Positions 29,010-42,630 of a stretch of 64,000 bases of DNA are shown here, piece after piece. The stretch is from contig OX597835.1 of NCBI GenBank assembly GCA_951406725.2, positions 8,928,001-8,992,000 on the forward strand. Reading direction: 5' to 3'. The notes under the pieces were generated by a model that saw nothing but the letters and a program-made list of their open reading frames with translations, did not search any database and was not told where the DNA came from. The translations under genes and the position numbers were made by a program. The stretch is from Octopus vulgaris (Eukaryota). Positions within the stretch are counted from its first letter, which is position 1; each line of letters starts with the position of its first letter.

Positions 29010-29510
29010 ACGGAAATGTTTGGTGTATCAAGACGTATTATATCCGAAGTAATGACAGCTTTTGAGAAAGAGGGTAAAACCTCCTTGTCGAAACAACTCC
29101 TGAAGAAAACCAAAACTTTTAGAGAGTAACCTTCCGACTCTTACGCGAATTGTTAGAAACGATCACAAAAGTACAGCTCCCAAAATTACTGCTTAATGAC
29201 TACCTTGAGAACCCAGTTTCCACTAAAACTGTTCGCCGGCAGCTGTACGAAACCAGATTTCACGGGAGGGCTGCAATCAGAAAACCACTTCTTTCAAAAC
29301 CAAACGTTGAAGAGCTTTTAGAGTGGAATAAAAACCTACAGAATTGGTCTCTAGAGCCGTGGAAGAATGTTATTTCCTTGGACGAATCATCCTTTACATT
29401 ATTTCCGACCAGAATTAATATTCAAGTCTATTTAAACATTTTATCTAATCAAATAGATCCCATGGTTGCGAGACTGCTTCCGGAGGGAAAAACTATCATT
29501 CAAGATGATA
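29010..29510 (+). mobile_element. Tc1/mariner (Tc1-like) transposase pseudogene fragment
   Basis: EMFGVSRRIISEVMTAFEKEGKT (HTH), PVSTKTVRRQL..GRAAIRKPLL..W..WKNVISLDESSFTLF (first catalytic D), YLNIL..IIQDD (second D); frameshifted, internally deleted, no TIR seen. Confidence 0.88.
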
Positions 29511-29768
29511 TGAAAAAGAACGTAGCAGAATGAGCAGTGGAAATAGAATCAGGGAAAGACAGAAAGGCAAAGTGGAAAAGTCAAAATCTACAAGAAATTA
29601 GAAGAAAAACGGACTCCAACGGGAAAAAGTCATATGGGACAGGTGGTTCTATGTTTGCTCGTGAGTGACGTTGCGAGTAATTCTCAAAGAATCAATGGTA
29701 ACCATTCTTCAATAAAAGATTCAGTACGAGATTATGACCGTTTGTATGTATTCATATACGTTTGTCAG

Positions 29769-30150
29769 TGGAGGCGCAATGGCCCAGTGGTTAGGGCAGC
29801 GGACTCGCGGTCGTAGGATCGCGGTTTCGATTCCCAGACCGGGCGTTGTGAGTGTTTATTGAGCGAAAACACCTAAAGCTCCACGAGGCTCCGGCAGGGA
29901 TGGTGGTGATCCCTGCTGTACTCTTTCACCACAACTTTCTCTCACTCTTACTTCCTGTTTCTGTTGTACCTGTATTTCAAAGGGCCGGCCTTGTCGCTCT
30001 CTGTGTCACGCTGAATATCCCCGAGAACTGCGTTAAGGGTACACGTGTCTGTGGAGTGCTCAGCCACTTACACGTTAATTTCACGAGCAGGATGTTCCGT
30101 TGATCGGATCAACCGGAACCCTCGTCGTAGGAACCGACGGAGTGCTTCCA
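29769..30150 (+). mobile_element. SINE family A, full length
   Basis: Family A sequence; long TSD TGTATTC(A/C)TATACGTTTG(T/C)CAG. Confidence 0.93.
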
Positions 30151-30901
30151 CCGTGTATTCCTATACGTTTGCCAGTGAACCAGTGCGTGAGTGCGCGTGT
30201 AAACATTGTACGTATATTTGCGCAGAAGCGTATTAATTATATGAACATTCGTCTAAATGTGTTTGCATGCGTATATCTTATGCATACATAATTATGTGCA
30301 TATGTATCAGTCTGTGTTCTTTACCAAAAGAATCATTAAATTATTCCTGGAAGCTTTACCTGTAGAACAATGGACTATTATGTAATGATATGAAAAGAAA
30401 TCAATAATTGAGGCAATTGAAATACTGCACAGATGTATGTTGTGTACTGCCGGATGAGATGCTATATAAAATAAAGTGGAGTTCAAAATATATGTTCAAT
30501 TTTCTTCTTCTCTTCTAATTCTTGAATCACATGATACTCTAAACGAGAAGCTAATTAATGTCTACACAAAGAATATAATGAAAATAAGCTTAGTGAACTT
30601 CACGTAAAAATAATGTCAATCTTAATGTAAGGAAAATTGAACATTAATTCTCATCAAAAATATTCAGCGATCAGAGGTCAAACGAGCGAATGTGAACGTC
30701 TTTGTTTTCCTTTTGTTTCATTGAACATCACAATGCTTAGGAAAAATAATTAGCTACATCATGGAATGATAATTTTTCGAATGCACCAAATCTACTTCAT
30801 GAATTGTAGCTATTTCTTTACAGCATAAAATAAGATTTTAAATATACATACGTAAATACATAAATACATACATACACATATACATACATATATACATATA
30901 C

Positions 30902-30964
<63 letters not shown>

Positions 30965-31133
30965 TATAGTTGTTTGGGACAGAGCAAATGTACGTATCAT
31001 CATAGACGTCAGCTGCCATGCAGTTATAAAATATCTCTTTGAAAATCAACGAAACAGAGGGTATCTATGCACAACTGTTTCGAAACATGCAGCCTCTATC
31101 TTCTATATCCAGACAATGAATTCATATTCAAAC

Positions 31134-31196
<63 letters not shown>

Positions 31197-31199
<3 letters not shown>

Positions 31200-31450
31200 C
31201 TCCCGAAGAACCTAAGAGACCTGCATGGGGTGGATGCAGATGTCTTTAAAGTAGGACTGGATCTCTTCTTGTCAGGTGTCCCAGATGAACCAACTTCACG
31301 GCAGGAGGTGCAGATGAGGGCAGCTGCATCGAACTCTCTCATGCACCAAATGGCAATTGCTAAAAAGCATTCGTGAGGTAAAATCATGTAGCAACACCAA
31401 ATGGCTGGGACCCAGCATGGCCACAGCTTGTGAGCTGAAACTAGATTAAG
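31197..31450 (+). mobile_element. CR1/L2-group LINE 3' end
   Basis: [48 protein letters not shown], same family as 27362-27900; flanked by (TA)n. Confidence 0.85.
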
Positions 31451-31529
31451 AAAAAATTAAATTAAAAAAATATATATATATATATATATATATATGATGT
31501 TATTTCAGTTTCCGTCCATCAAATCCGCT

Positions 31530-31881
31530 TTTTGTGACAAAAAGTTTGCCTCACAACCACATCCTTCTGCGTTCAATTCCACTTTGTGGCACCTTTCCCC
31601 AGTGACATCTACTATAACCACGGGCCGACCAAAGTATTGTCATTGAATATGACAGTGGAAAATCGAAAAAAGTATTTCGTGTGTTTACGCGGGTGTGTGT
31701 GAGTATGTGCGTCTATGACGGTGCTTGTTTCTCCATTGTTGGTGTGTTTATGTCCCCGTAACCTAGCGGTTTTGAAAAGATACTTAAAAAATTAATAGTT
31801 CTGGGGTCGATTCATTCCATTAAAAGCACCATAATGCGGCACCCCACCCAGGCTGCAGTCTCATCACTGAAACGGGTAAAA
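31530..31881 (+). mobile_element. SINE family B, old diverged copy
   Basis: Collinear motifs CGGGCCGACCAA, GGTGTGTTTATGTCCCCGTAACCTAGCGGT, GGGGTCGATT, CTGAAAC. Confidence 0.65.
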
Positions 31882-31905
31882 CTTGTTTTTTTAAACTATA
31901 AAATG

Positions 31906-31951
<46 letters not shown>

Positions 31952-32224
31952 TATATATATATATAAGTATATATATATATAAGTATGGATGAACTTGAGA
32001 TCTTGGTGTGAGTATGCAAATCATTATTTGATACGCTACAAATGATCACGATGTCTGGAACTGCACAATCTTGCAAAACTGCGTTGAGTTTAAAACGATG
32101 ACTTTTAAATCAAGATACTTTCCGTCATATCTTTACTGCCAAGCCAAGCGGGAGGTCGCTCAAAATTTATTTTGAAATAAAAAAGAAAACATACATACAT
32201 ACGTACATACAAAGGATATATATA

Positions 32225-32356
32225 TATATATTAAAGGGAAACCACTATGTGGACACCCTTATGCTAGAAATAGATCCGCTATGGCCTTACCACTAAGAAA
32301 GATCTATTTCTAGCATAAGGGTGTACACATAGTGGTTTCCCTCTAATATGTATATA
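32225..32356. repeat. Fold-back with ~52 bp arms and 24 bp loop
   Basis: AGGGAAACCACTATGTGGACACCCTTATGCTAGAAATAGATC versus GATCTATTTCTAGCATAAGGGTGTACACATAGTGGTTTCCCT; TA-rich outer ends. Confidence 0.9.
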
Positions 32357-32451
32357 ATACAATTTTACTGAAGCTTCAGTTTTTTTTTATATGCTAGACC
32401 ACTGATGCGAAGACGATGTTAATTAAATTAATATCTAATTTCTCACCCTCA

Positions 32452-32495
<44 letters not shown>

Positions 32496-32709
32496 TTATG
32501 GGCATATTTCGTATGTTCTTTATACATGCATGTATATATGTCTGTGTGGGTTAGTGAATACACACAGACAGCATTATATATCCGAATTGTCATAGTTTAT
32601 TTTCACGCCTTGTAACTATTTATAAAACCATTTTCAGCTCCTACAGCGCAAAAGATAGAAATCAATAGAAGCAGCAGCTGCGTTATATCCCTCAAGTCAT
32701 TGAAAAAAG

Positions 32710-32740
32710 TAATAATAATAATATCAACAACAACAACAAC

Positions 32741-32799
<59 letters not shown>

Positions 32800-32832
32800 T
32801 GATGATAATGATAATAATGATGATAATAATGA
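32710..32832. repeat. (CAA)n(TAA)n(TGA)n trinucleotide tract
   Basis: Directly visible. Confidence 0.95.
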
Positions 32833-35697
32833 ATGTGGATTGTGATGTACTTCAAAGAAAATAGATACATAATGCAAAGGTCGATGACAGTAGAGCGAAA
32901 ATTAAACAAAACACCAATCAATCATCTTGATAATAGTTGGGCTGTATTGACAATATCTGGCTATAAGAGGGGAAATGTGCCATTGCAGACGTGTAATCGT
33001 TTACAAGAAGGAAATCATTTAGAGCTTAATTGAAACACTACAGGCGCAGGTGTTCAGTATGAACAAACTCAAAATAGATATACCATAAGCATCCTGAAGA
33101 GATTTATCACATTGAAGAATGCCATGAAACTTACTGTAGGAGGTTGAGTTTCGCAGATCGAGCAAAAATTCAACCAAGATATCCGTGGTTCGTTTCTTGT
33201 CAACATCAGCATCTTTCACCGGGGTTTAACTTAAGACTGTTGACTCGTAAAACATCCATGCGGATTCAAATTGTCTGTAAATAAGTGTCTGTAATTTAGT
33301 TTTGAGTTTTTGCATTGAGAATATTTCGACTGAGCAACTGAAATGCATAGTTAACTGAACTGCCTGAAGCTGGTATAATGTCAATGATTTATTCCTTTGC
33401 ATAAAGTATAATTTTGTATAGAAATATATTAAAGACTAAACCTACTCAAATGCAGACCCGATATGTATGCCTAATAGCCCTGGGAATATGTTAAACAACG
33501 TGATTAATTCAATGAGCGAAACAATAGTAACAATTCTTACTAACGATGATGCTGTCTTTTCCACTAACCTGACTCTAATAAATTTTAATAAAAATGAACA
33601 AAAATTTTATAAATTCGTTTCAGTTAATTGATTTTTCGATGCATTTAACGAGAACTGTTCTAAAAGGATATAGGAAAATGTCAATAAATGATGAAAGTTA
33701 GTGGCACCGAAAAAAGATGTGTGCATTACTAATGTATTTATAAATAGCATTCTAATGTTACTGTTTTCAATAGAAAAAACGAACTTAAGTATGAATTGAT
33801 GAGAAAAAGAATGCATTTACAAAGAAAAAAGCAAAACAGATCATCGTAGTTTATTAGAAAAAAACCGCTTTGAGTTTTAAAAGACTTCTGAACAAGGAGT
33901 ATCGTCAATTATTTTTATTTAACAAAAGAAAAACCTCCGGATTTTTCTTCTACTTTCTTTTATAAATATGATACAGTTGTTAGAAAAATACAACCAGATA
34001 TGTATTCGACGGCATAAATATCACAGTATATAATCTATACTTTACTTAATCACTCTACATTACACAAACTCACATGCACGCGTGCACACTACACATGTAG
34101 TGTGATATAGTCTTGGCTGAGTTATATGTATTATTTCCTCCTTTTGAAAAAGAATATCTGTATTGCCCGGACTTTCCTGTTGTATTTCCAGTTTGTATCA
34201 TCAGTGTGACATTAAAGAAAATCAATTTCTATTTATGGCTCAGTTGGGTTGAAATAAACAGTCGAGATTGATTTGTGAAAGATTCTGATGTTTTTTGCAT
34301 CGTCAAAGGAAAATGCGAGCGAATGTTGGCCAAATTTCATGCCTTAAGTTGTCACTTTGAATAAAGAAGGAACGACCACATTCACAAATATACTTTTGCG
34401 GAACACTGTTACCGAAATATTACAGTGTAACGCGACGAGGTCTCATAACATTAACACCAGATTTCGGATTCTATGACCGTTTTACATTCAGAACACTAAA
34501 TCTGTATTTATCTATTTTATGATTCCTTTCCTTTAATTAATTCAGGGATATTCTTAATGTTGCCATTTATCGTTGAATTAAAGTAAAATTAATATCATGG
34601 GAATGAAGAATTTATAACTGTGACATGTGGAACATTTTAAAGCTTTATTAATAAAGATGATGTAATGATGAATGGCTTTCAGATCAAGAAAACTCATCTA
34701 TTGCTCGTGTCTTATTAATACCCAGCAACCGCTGCATTTGAAGTTTATTATCTTCATTTGGAGATAATAATAGCATTTGTTCCTTTGTGTAATCGAGGTT
34801 CTTTTCAAGATTAAAAGGGATGATTATATTTTCTTTCTATTTAGATAAATTTATCGACTTTTGTTATATTAGTTTTTTCATCGCATTGATAATGCTTCAT
34901 ACATCATAGTCTTTGCTTGACAGTTGTCCTTTAACGAAACATTATGGAATTATTCATGCGTTGAAGTTGTTTTGTTTAATTAAGTTCAACATCATATACA
35001 AAACAAATCAAAGATCAACGAGTTCAGTTCTTTATAAAGAAGTCGAACTTTTCATTACTTTCAATACTTTCCATATATGTAATTCACATTTATGAGGTTT
35101 CCAAAAGAAAAAAAAAAGAAAGAAAAAACAGTATCGCACAAACATGGAAATAATGGCTGCATAGATAAAATTTATAGCACGGTCAAATATATGAAGGATA
35201 TATACGGACAGCAATATTAACTTGGGTATTCATAACGACAAATATCTGGTGTTTGAACATTCAGAACCCTTACATCCATCTCGTTTCAACTGATCAAGCA
35301 ACTGAGACATAAGGAGAAATTAATTTCAGTTATCCTTCATCTATATCTTCGACACACCGGCATTAGAGAGAACGTTTGGGTTAGAAGCGGAAAGTAAACA
35401 TCCTTCAAACTGAAACTACCAGCGTGAACATTGTATTATATATTCCTAGATATCAATGGACACAATGGAAGATGCATATTCTGTTATGGCATTTGTGCTC
35501 ATCCATAGTTCTCACCTAGGTATCAAAAATGAAATCAGACCCCATACTGCATATTGTAGCGCGTACAGGTGTTTCATATTTGTTCCATTGTTTCTATCAG
35601 TGCACCACTGAGGAAATCATCTGCCAGGTTGGTCAGCGTTTTCGAATTCACCGACCACTTGTCCATCGAATAAGACACTATGACTGTGTTTAAACTA

Positions 35698-35872
35698 GGA
35701 TTTATTACATTATTTACGTTGTTTACATTCGACGGATATTTGTCCTCATCTTCTTTGTTGTTAACACAACGTTTCGGTTGATATACCCTCCAGCCTTCAT
35801 CAGGTGACTTGGGGAAATTTCGAACCTGGGTTCTCATTCCTAAAGTATTTTTCCAAGTTGTTATTGTTGTTG

Positions 35873-35935
<63 letters not shown>

Positions 35936-36007
35936 TGACTACCTGGAATCGAACCCGGAATCTTGGGGATAGTAGCCTGCTGTCTTAACCACTACGTCAT
36001 ATGCCCG
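35698..36007 (-). mobile_element. tRNA-headed SINE family E with internal (TAA)n and hammerhead-bearing 3' part
   Basis: Minus head CGGGCATATGACGTAGTGGTTAAG (A-box) ..GGGTTCGATTCC (B-box), (TAA)n, then CTGATGA..GAAAC motif and ATGTAAA-like repeats; single copy, 3' boundary approximate. Confidence 0.7.
35763..35808 (-). ncRNA. Minimal type I hammerhead ribozyme-like motif (Penelope type)
   Basis: Minus: GTCAC CTGATGA A GGCTG GAGGGTATAT CAACC GAAAC GTT GTGTT; both core boxes, stem II with one mismatch, short stem I CAC/GTG, palindromic stem III AACGTT. Confidence 0.65.
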
Positions 36008-36200
36008 GTGCCCACGGACATATGGTTCATATATCCGAAATGAAGCACACAATGAAATATTAAATATTAAATATTATTTCTTTATAAATCGTGTTCATCA
36101 GCATTCTTTTCTTTATTATTTACTGGATATTGATGACATTAATATCTAGTGAATAGTGAATCGTTATTTCTGTTTCAATAATTCTGGAAGTTTTCAATCT

Positions 36201-36414
36201 CTCTTTTACTCCTTTACTCTTTTACTTGTTTCAGTCATTTGACTGCGGCCATGCTGGAGCACCGCCTTTTAGTCGTGCAAATCGACCCCGGGATTTATTC
36301 CTTGTAAGCCCAGTACTTATTCTATCGGTCTCTTTTGCCGAACCGCTAAGTGACGGGAACGTAAACAAACCAGCATCAGTTGTCAAGCAATGCTAGGGTC
36401 CAAACACAGACACA

Positions 36415-36456
<42 letters not shown>

Positions 36457-36647
36457 TATATACACATATATATATACATATATACGACAGGCTTCTTTCA
36501 GTTTCCGTCTACCAAATCCACTCACAAGGCATTGGTCGGCCCGAGGCTATAACAGAGACACTTGCCCAAGATGCTACGCAGTGGGACTGAACCCGGAACC
36601 ATGTGGTTGGTTAGCAAGCTACTTACCGCACAGCCACTCCTGCGCCT
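36201..36647 (-). mobile_element. SINE family B, full length
   Basis: Minus head AGGCGCAGGAGTGGCTGTGCGGTAAG..GGTTCAGTCCC, internal (TA)/(TG) tract, (AGTAAAAG)n tail. Confidence 0.92.
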
Positions 36648-37130
36648 ATATATCTCTGAATCTTTTTTGATTTTGTCATAAAATTTAATTCCACCCGTAG
36701 TAACATTTCAAATTGAATTACTAATTTTCAATAACATGAAAAGGTATCAGATTTCGGTCCTTCTCATGGCCTGATATGCATTTCTTTCATGCTTACGGCC
36801 ATTACAACTCCCCCTCCTCATTACATGTGTTATACTGCTCAGATATGTGTTTAAAATAGATGATTGTATTTGAAGATCAAATCATACAATTTTGACGAAC
36901 ACTTTTATATTTTTCAATCAATTTTAATGTGACTCTGAAGACGAAAAATGTGTGGGTCTGTTCACTACTTTTTCAGTCGATAGACCAGTAACTGGAAATG
37001 GTCCCCGCAAAAGTATGTAAGCTTTCAAGACATGTATAGAAAAGTTTATCTGTGTATATTTTTTTTTAAAAAAAAAAGGAATGTACACACATTCACATAT
37101 GGGTATACATGCATATATTGTTGAAACATA

Positions 37131-37360
37131 AGGCGGCGAGCTGGTAGAAACGTTAGCACGCCGGGCGAAATTCGTAGCCGTATTTCGTCTGTCGTTACGT
37201 TCCGAGTTCAAATTCCGCCGAGGTCGACTTTGCCTTTCATCCTTTCGGGGTCGATAAATTAAGTACCAGTTACGCACTGGGGTCGATGTAATCGACTTAA
37301 TCCCTTTGTCTGTCCTTGTTTGTCCCCTCTGTGTTTAGCCCCTTGTGGGTAGTAAAGAAA
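37131..37360 (+). mobile_element. SINE family C, full length (tail type 1)
   Basis: Head AGGCGGCGAGCTGGTAGAA..GAGTTCAAATTCC; TSD ATATATTGTTGAAACAT; near-identical to 51534-51763. Confidence 0.92.
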
Positions 37361-38519
37361 TATATATTGTTGAAACATGATATTTATCTCGGGAAGCGAG
37401 GTTCGATCTGCCGATATTGTCTCGTAATATCATAGAATCAAGGAAATATATTCGAGAAATATTTTTTCTGTTGAGGCTGCATTCTAAATTCATCAGGCTC
37501 GTGAGTAGTTTTTTTTCCTATCGTTCCAATATTCAACATCATTCTTTTTCAGATTATTTTTAATATGTATATATTCGCCACAAATAAAAATCATGGAAAA
37601 TGTCTGTTGCAGAGAAATCTACTTGGTGACAGATTCTATGCAAATCAGGAGCAGATGGCTAGAGAAGAATCGAAATCTAAATTATTCATAACCGTCGGCG
37701 CAATACTAAAATGCAGATATCTTGGACAACTCCTGAATACAGCCATAATTATGTGCTGGTCACAATCCATATGAATTGGCAATCGAGGAAATTATATCAC
37801 GTTCCTTCGGTATGTAATAATATATTGTATATTGACGGCAAAATTATGTTAAGATTGACCGGTTTTATAGTAGCTCAATATAATATCTAACCATACAAAT
37901 AATTCCTAAATACTAACAAAAATAAAAATAAAAGAAAATAATTGATGTCTCTGATTACGAAATAACGCAGCGTCCACTGAAAAAATTCGATCAGCATACA
38001 ATTTTGCCACATTCATTTAGATTAGCAATAGGAAATATTATACGAAATACCTGTGTACAAATGGAGAGAAGGTAGTCGTCTTGACAATGACCATCCGGAT
38101 ACTTTCAAATGATAAACACATACAAATAAAATATTCTTTGCATTTGCATACATAATTTAAGTAGAAGAAAACATTTGTATTTCTTCCTTGTTTTTTTTTT
38201 TTTAACACGAAACTAAATCGATGCCAGAGGCTAGATGCTTGGCAAATTTATGCTATCTTGTTCGGTAATGGAAATTGTTGAAACGTAAATCTAAAAATAA
38301 TAATAAATAATGAAATGGGGGAAAATGAAAACACGATCTTGCCTTTTAAACGATAGAAATCGAAAACAATATTACCAGTGTCAGATGATTAGGACAGATT
38401 GATGCGGAAATATGTAATTCCATATTTCGAGGCTTAGTTCGTATTTTCTACGAGGACCGAGAAAGAAAAAAAAAACACTGAGAGTAATGTGAATTATCAA
38501 TGTACATACATATGTACAT

Positions 38520-39232
<713 letters not shown>

Positions 39233-39375
39233 GTATAAACTCACTCAAATTTACATACACCCACACGCACAGCTGTATTTATATGTGTGTGTGTGTGTAT
39301 GTGTATACAGATATTTTATTCAGAACGGTGTAAACCAGAGAGACCGAGAAGATATTTCAAAATTACAAAGCCTTC

Positions 39376-39480
39376 AGGCGGTGAGCTGGCAGAATCTTTA
39401 TTTCGCTAGGCAATATGATTAGCTGCGTTTCGTCCGTCTTTAAGTTCTGAGTTCAAATCTCGCCAGGATTAATTTTGTCT
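39376..39480 (+). mobile_element. SINE family C head fragment
   Basis: AGGCGGTGAGCTGGCAGAATC..GTTCTGAGTTCAAATC. Confidence 0.65.
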
Positions 39481-39544
39481 TGGCCGACATTTCTTTTCTG
39501 TGTCAACATTTGAAACCAATATTGCAAAGTTTACTGTATGTTTA

Positions 39545-39865
39545 GGAGCACTCCGTCGGTCGCGACGACGAGGGTCCCAGCTGATACGATCAACGGAACA
39601 GTTATCTCGTGAAATTCACGTGTAAGTGGCTGAGCACTCCACAAACACGTGCACCCATAACGTAATTCTAGGGCAGATTCAGCGTGACACAGTGTGTGAC
39701 AAGGCTGGCCCTTTCAAATACAGGTAGCACTCATTTTCGCCAGCTGAGTAGAGTGGAGCAACGTGAAGTAAAGTGTCTTGCTCAAGGACACACCGCACCA
39801 CCGGGGATTGAACTCACGACCTTACGCCCGTGAGCCGACTGCCCCTAACCACTAAGCCACGCGCC
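39545..39865 (-). mobile_element. SINE with family D-type head/core and family A-type 3' half
   Basis: Core TTGAGCAAGACACTTTACTTCACGTTGCTCCA as in 22788-23129; 3' half GCTCAGCCACTTACACG..CGACCGACGGAGTGCTCC as in family A. Confidence 0.85.
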
Positions 39866-39938
39866 ATCACATTCATATTACATTCACATTTACATTCATA
39901 TTGAACTGTATGTTTACTATGAATGTAAATACAATTTG

Positions 39939-40321
39939 TGGAGGCGCAATGGCCAAGTGGTTAGGGCAGCAGACTCGCGGTCACAGGATCGCGGTTTCGA
40001 TTACCAGACCGGGCGTTGGGAGTGTTTATTGAGCGAAAACACCTAAAAGTTCCACGAGGCTCCGGCAGGGATGGTGGTGATCCCTGCTGTACACTTTCAC
40101 CACAACTTTCTCTCACTCTTACTTCCTATTTCTGTTGTACCTGTATTTCAAAGGGCCGGCCTTGTCACTCTCTGTGTCATGCTGACTATCCCCGAGAACT
40201 ACGTTAAGGGTGCACATGTCTGTGGAGTGCTCAGCCACTTACACATTAATTTCACGAGCAGGCTGTCCCGTTGATCGGATCAACCGGTACCCTCGCCTTC
40301 GTAACCGACGGAGTGCTTCCA
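39939..40321 (+). mobile_element. SINE family A, full length
   Basis: Family A sequence; no clear TSD. Confidence 0.92.
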
Positions 40322-40350
40322 CATAATCTGTATATTATTGGATAATATGA

Positions 40351-40475
<125 letters not shown>

Positions 40476-41567
40476 CATACATACATACATACTCATACAT
40501 AGACACAAGCGCATAATCACGAACACGCACACACACATAAATACTTCTTCGTGTCAGTGTTTAAATTTGTTGCGTGCGTATAACAGACAAGAATGTGAAT
40601 GAACTTAAGAATTGTTTACTGATCAGATTACTGTTTAAACTACAAATCTATCTTTGCTGCGTCTTTTATGCCTCTGTATGTTTCTTAGCTTGGAGGATGG
40701 TCGTTTTGGCTCTATACCTAAATATTTCTAAAATGATTTATTCACGTAGAATGAAAAAAAAAAAACAACATCGGATTATGCATATATATTTAATGAACTT
40801 ACTACTTTAAACATAACCGAGGAAAGTGACTTTTAAACAGAAACAGTATCCGTAATATGTTCAGAATTATGTATTCGTTGTAGAGTAGTTAAAATATACA
40901 AGTTTTAACTTTTTCTCTGATTCAAGCATCCACAAAGGAACTCAAGGCATAAACACAGCCATTATTGATAAAGCGGAAATATTTACATAAAATTCATTTG
41001 AATATTTTGACTTTTGGCGTCTTGCCCCCAATAAGCAGTTCACGTTACTGTCATTTCTGTTTTATTTATTTATTTTTTCGTTGATATTTTGGCTAGTTGG
41101 TTCCGTTGATGTAATGCCATGCTGAAAAATACTAACGGGATTGACAGCATAAAAGAAATTTACATAAACTCTGCTTGATACAGACCACATTGTTTTGATT
41201 TACAATTCTTTTGTTGCAATTCTTTAAAAATAGAAACTCAAATGTTACCTAAAATCCATTGTATACATTTATTCTTTTCTTTTAAACTTTTAATTGTTTT
41301 ACAAATTTTAAGTGGTTAGCAATCATGCTGGTGGATCGCGTGTAAGGATCAGTGGATCAAACCAAACATTGCTCTTATTTGGCATTTGTACCATCGCCAT
41401 CTTCTTATCAAAACGTTACTAGAATAATTTTTTGGATAAAAATGATACCTAGGGTATAAAACAAAAAGTATCTCTACTGGATTCTATATTTATGAGAAAA
41501 AATATTTGCACACAAAAAAAGTGTAATTATATGGTTGTTAAAAATTTTCTATTTTAGATTGAATTAA

Positions 41568-41719
41568 TGGCTGTGTGGTAAGTAGCTTGCTAACCAACCA
41601 CATGGTTCCGGGTTCGGTCCCACTGCGTGGCATCTTGGGCAAGTGTCTTCTGCTATAGCCCCGGGCCGACCAATGCCTTGTGAGTGGATTTGGTAGACGG
41701 AAACTGAAAGACGTCTATC

Positions 41720-41770
<51 letters not shown>

Positions 41771-42020
41771 TGTGTGTATGTATGTATGTATGTGTGTGTA
41801 TGTGTTTGTGTTTGTGTGTCTGTGTTTGTCTCCCTAGCATTGCTTGACAACCGACGTTGGTGTGTTTATGTCCCCGTCATCTAGCGGTTCGGCAAAAGAG
41901 ACCGATAGAATAAGTACTGGGCTTATAAAGAATAAGTCCCGGGGTCGATTGACTCGACTAAAGACGGTGCTCCAGCATGGCCGCAGTCAAATGACTGAAA
42001 CAAGTAAAAGAGTAAAGAGT
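41568..42020 (+). mobile_element. SINE family B, near full length
   Basis: TGGCTGTGTGGTAAGTAGC head, internal (TA)n(TG)n, GACTGAAACAAGTAAAAGAG tail. Confidence 0.92.
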
Positions 42021-42267
42021 GAGAAAAACATGGTCGCATACATTCGATACGAGTCATACTAACAGCGATTTCTGTATACACATACGCGCAGGCACATATA
42101 TATTTATATATATATGTGCGTGTGTGTGTGTAGAGAGAGAGATGCAAATATATATGTATACGTTTATATTCATAGATAGATTCTTACGTAAACTCACCCA
42201 CACATATAATAAAGAGGAGGGAAATAGAGAAAAATATATTTATACATATATGTGTATATGCATCCAG

Positions 42268-42630
42268 TGGAGGCGCAATGGCCCAGTGGTTAGGGCAGCG
42301 GACTTGCGGTCATAGGATCGCGGTTTCGATTCCCAGACCGGGCGTTGTGAGTGTTTATTGAGCGAAAACACCTAAAGCTCCACGAGGCTCCGGCAGGGGT
42401 TGGTGGTGATCCCTGCTGTACTATTTCACCACAACTTTCTCTCACTCTTACTGCCTGTTTCTGTTGTACCTGTATTTAAAGGGGCCGGCCTTGTCACTCT
42501 CTGTGTCACGCTGAATATTCCCGAGAACTACGTTAAGGGTACACGTGTCTGTGGATTGCTCAGCCACTTACACGTTAATTTCACGAGCAGGCTGTTCCGT
42601 TGATTCGTCGTAACCGACGGAGTGCTTCCA
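42268..42630 (+). mobile_element. SINE family A (small 3' deletion)
   Basis: Family A sequence; TSD ATATGCATCC. Confidence 0.92.

Noticed and set aside
33130-33340. Candidate minus-strand exon (TTTCAG acceptor, GTAAGT donor)
   Set aside because: Stops in all three frames and no recognisable product; a non-coding exon cannot be judged without RNA data.
37565-37815. Plus-strand ORF with AG/GT-like borders
   Set aside because: Frames close before the putative donor and no homology is recognisable.
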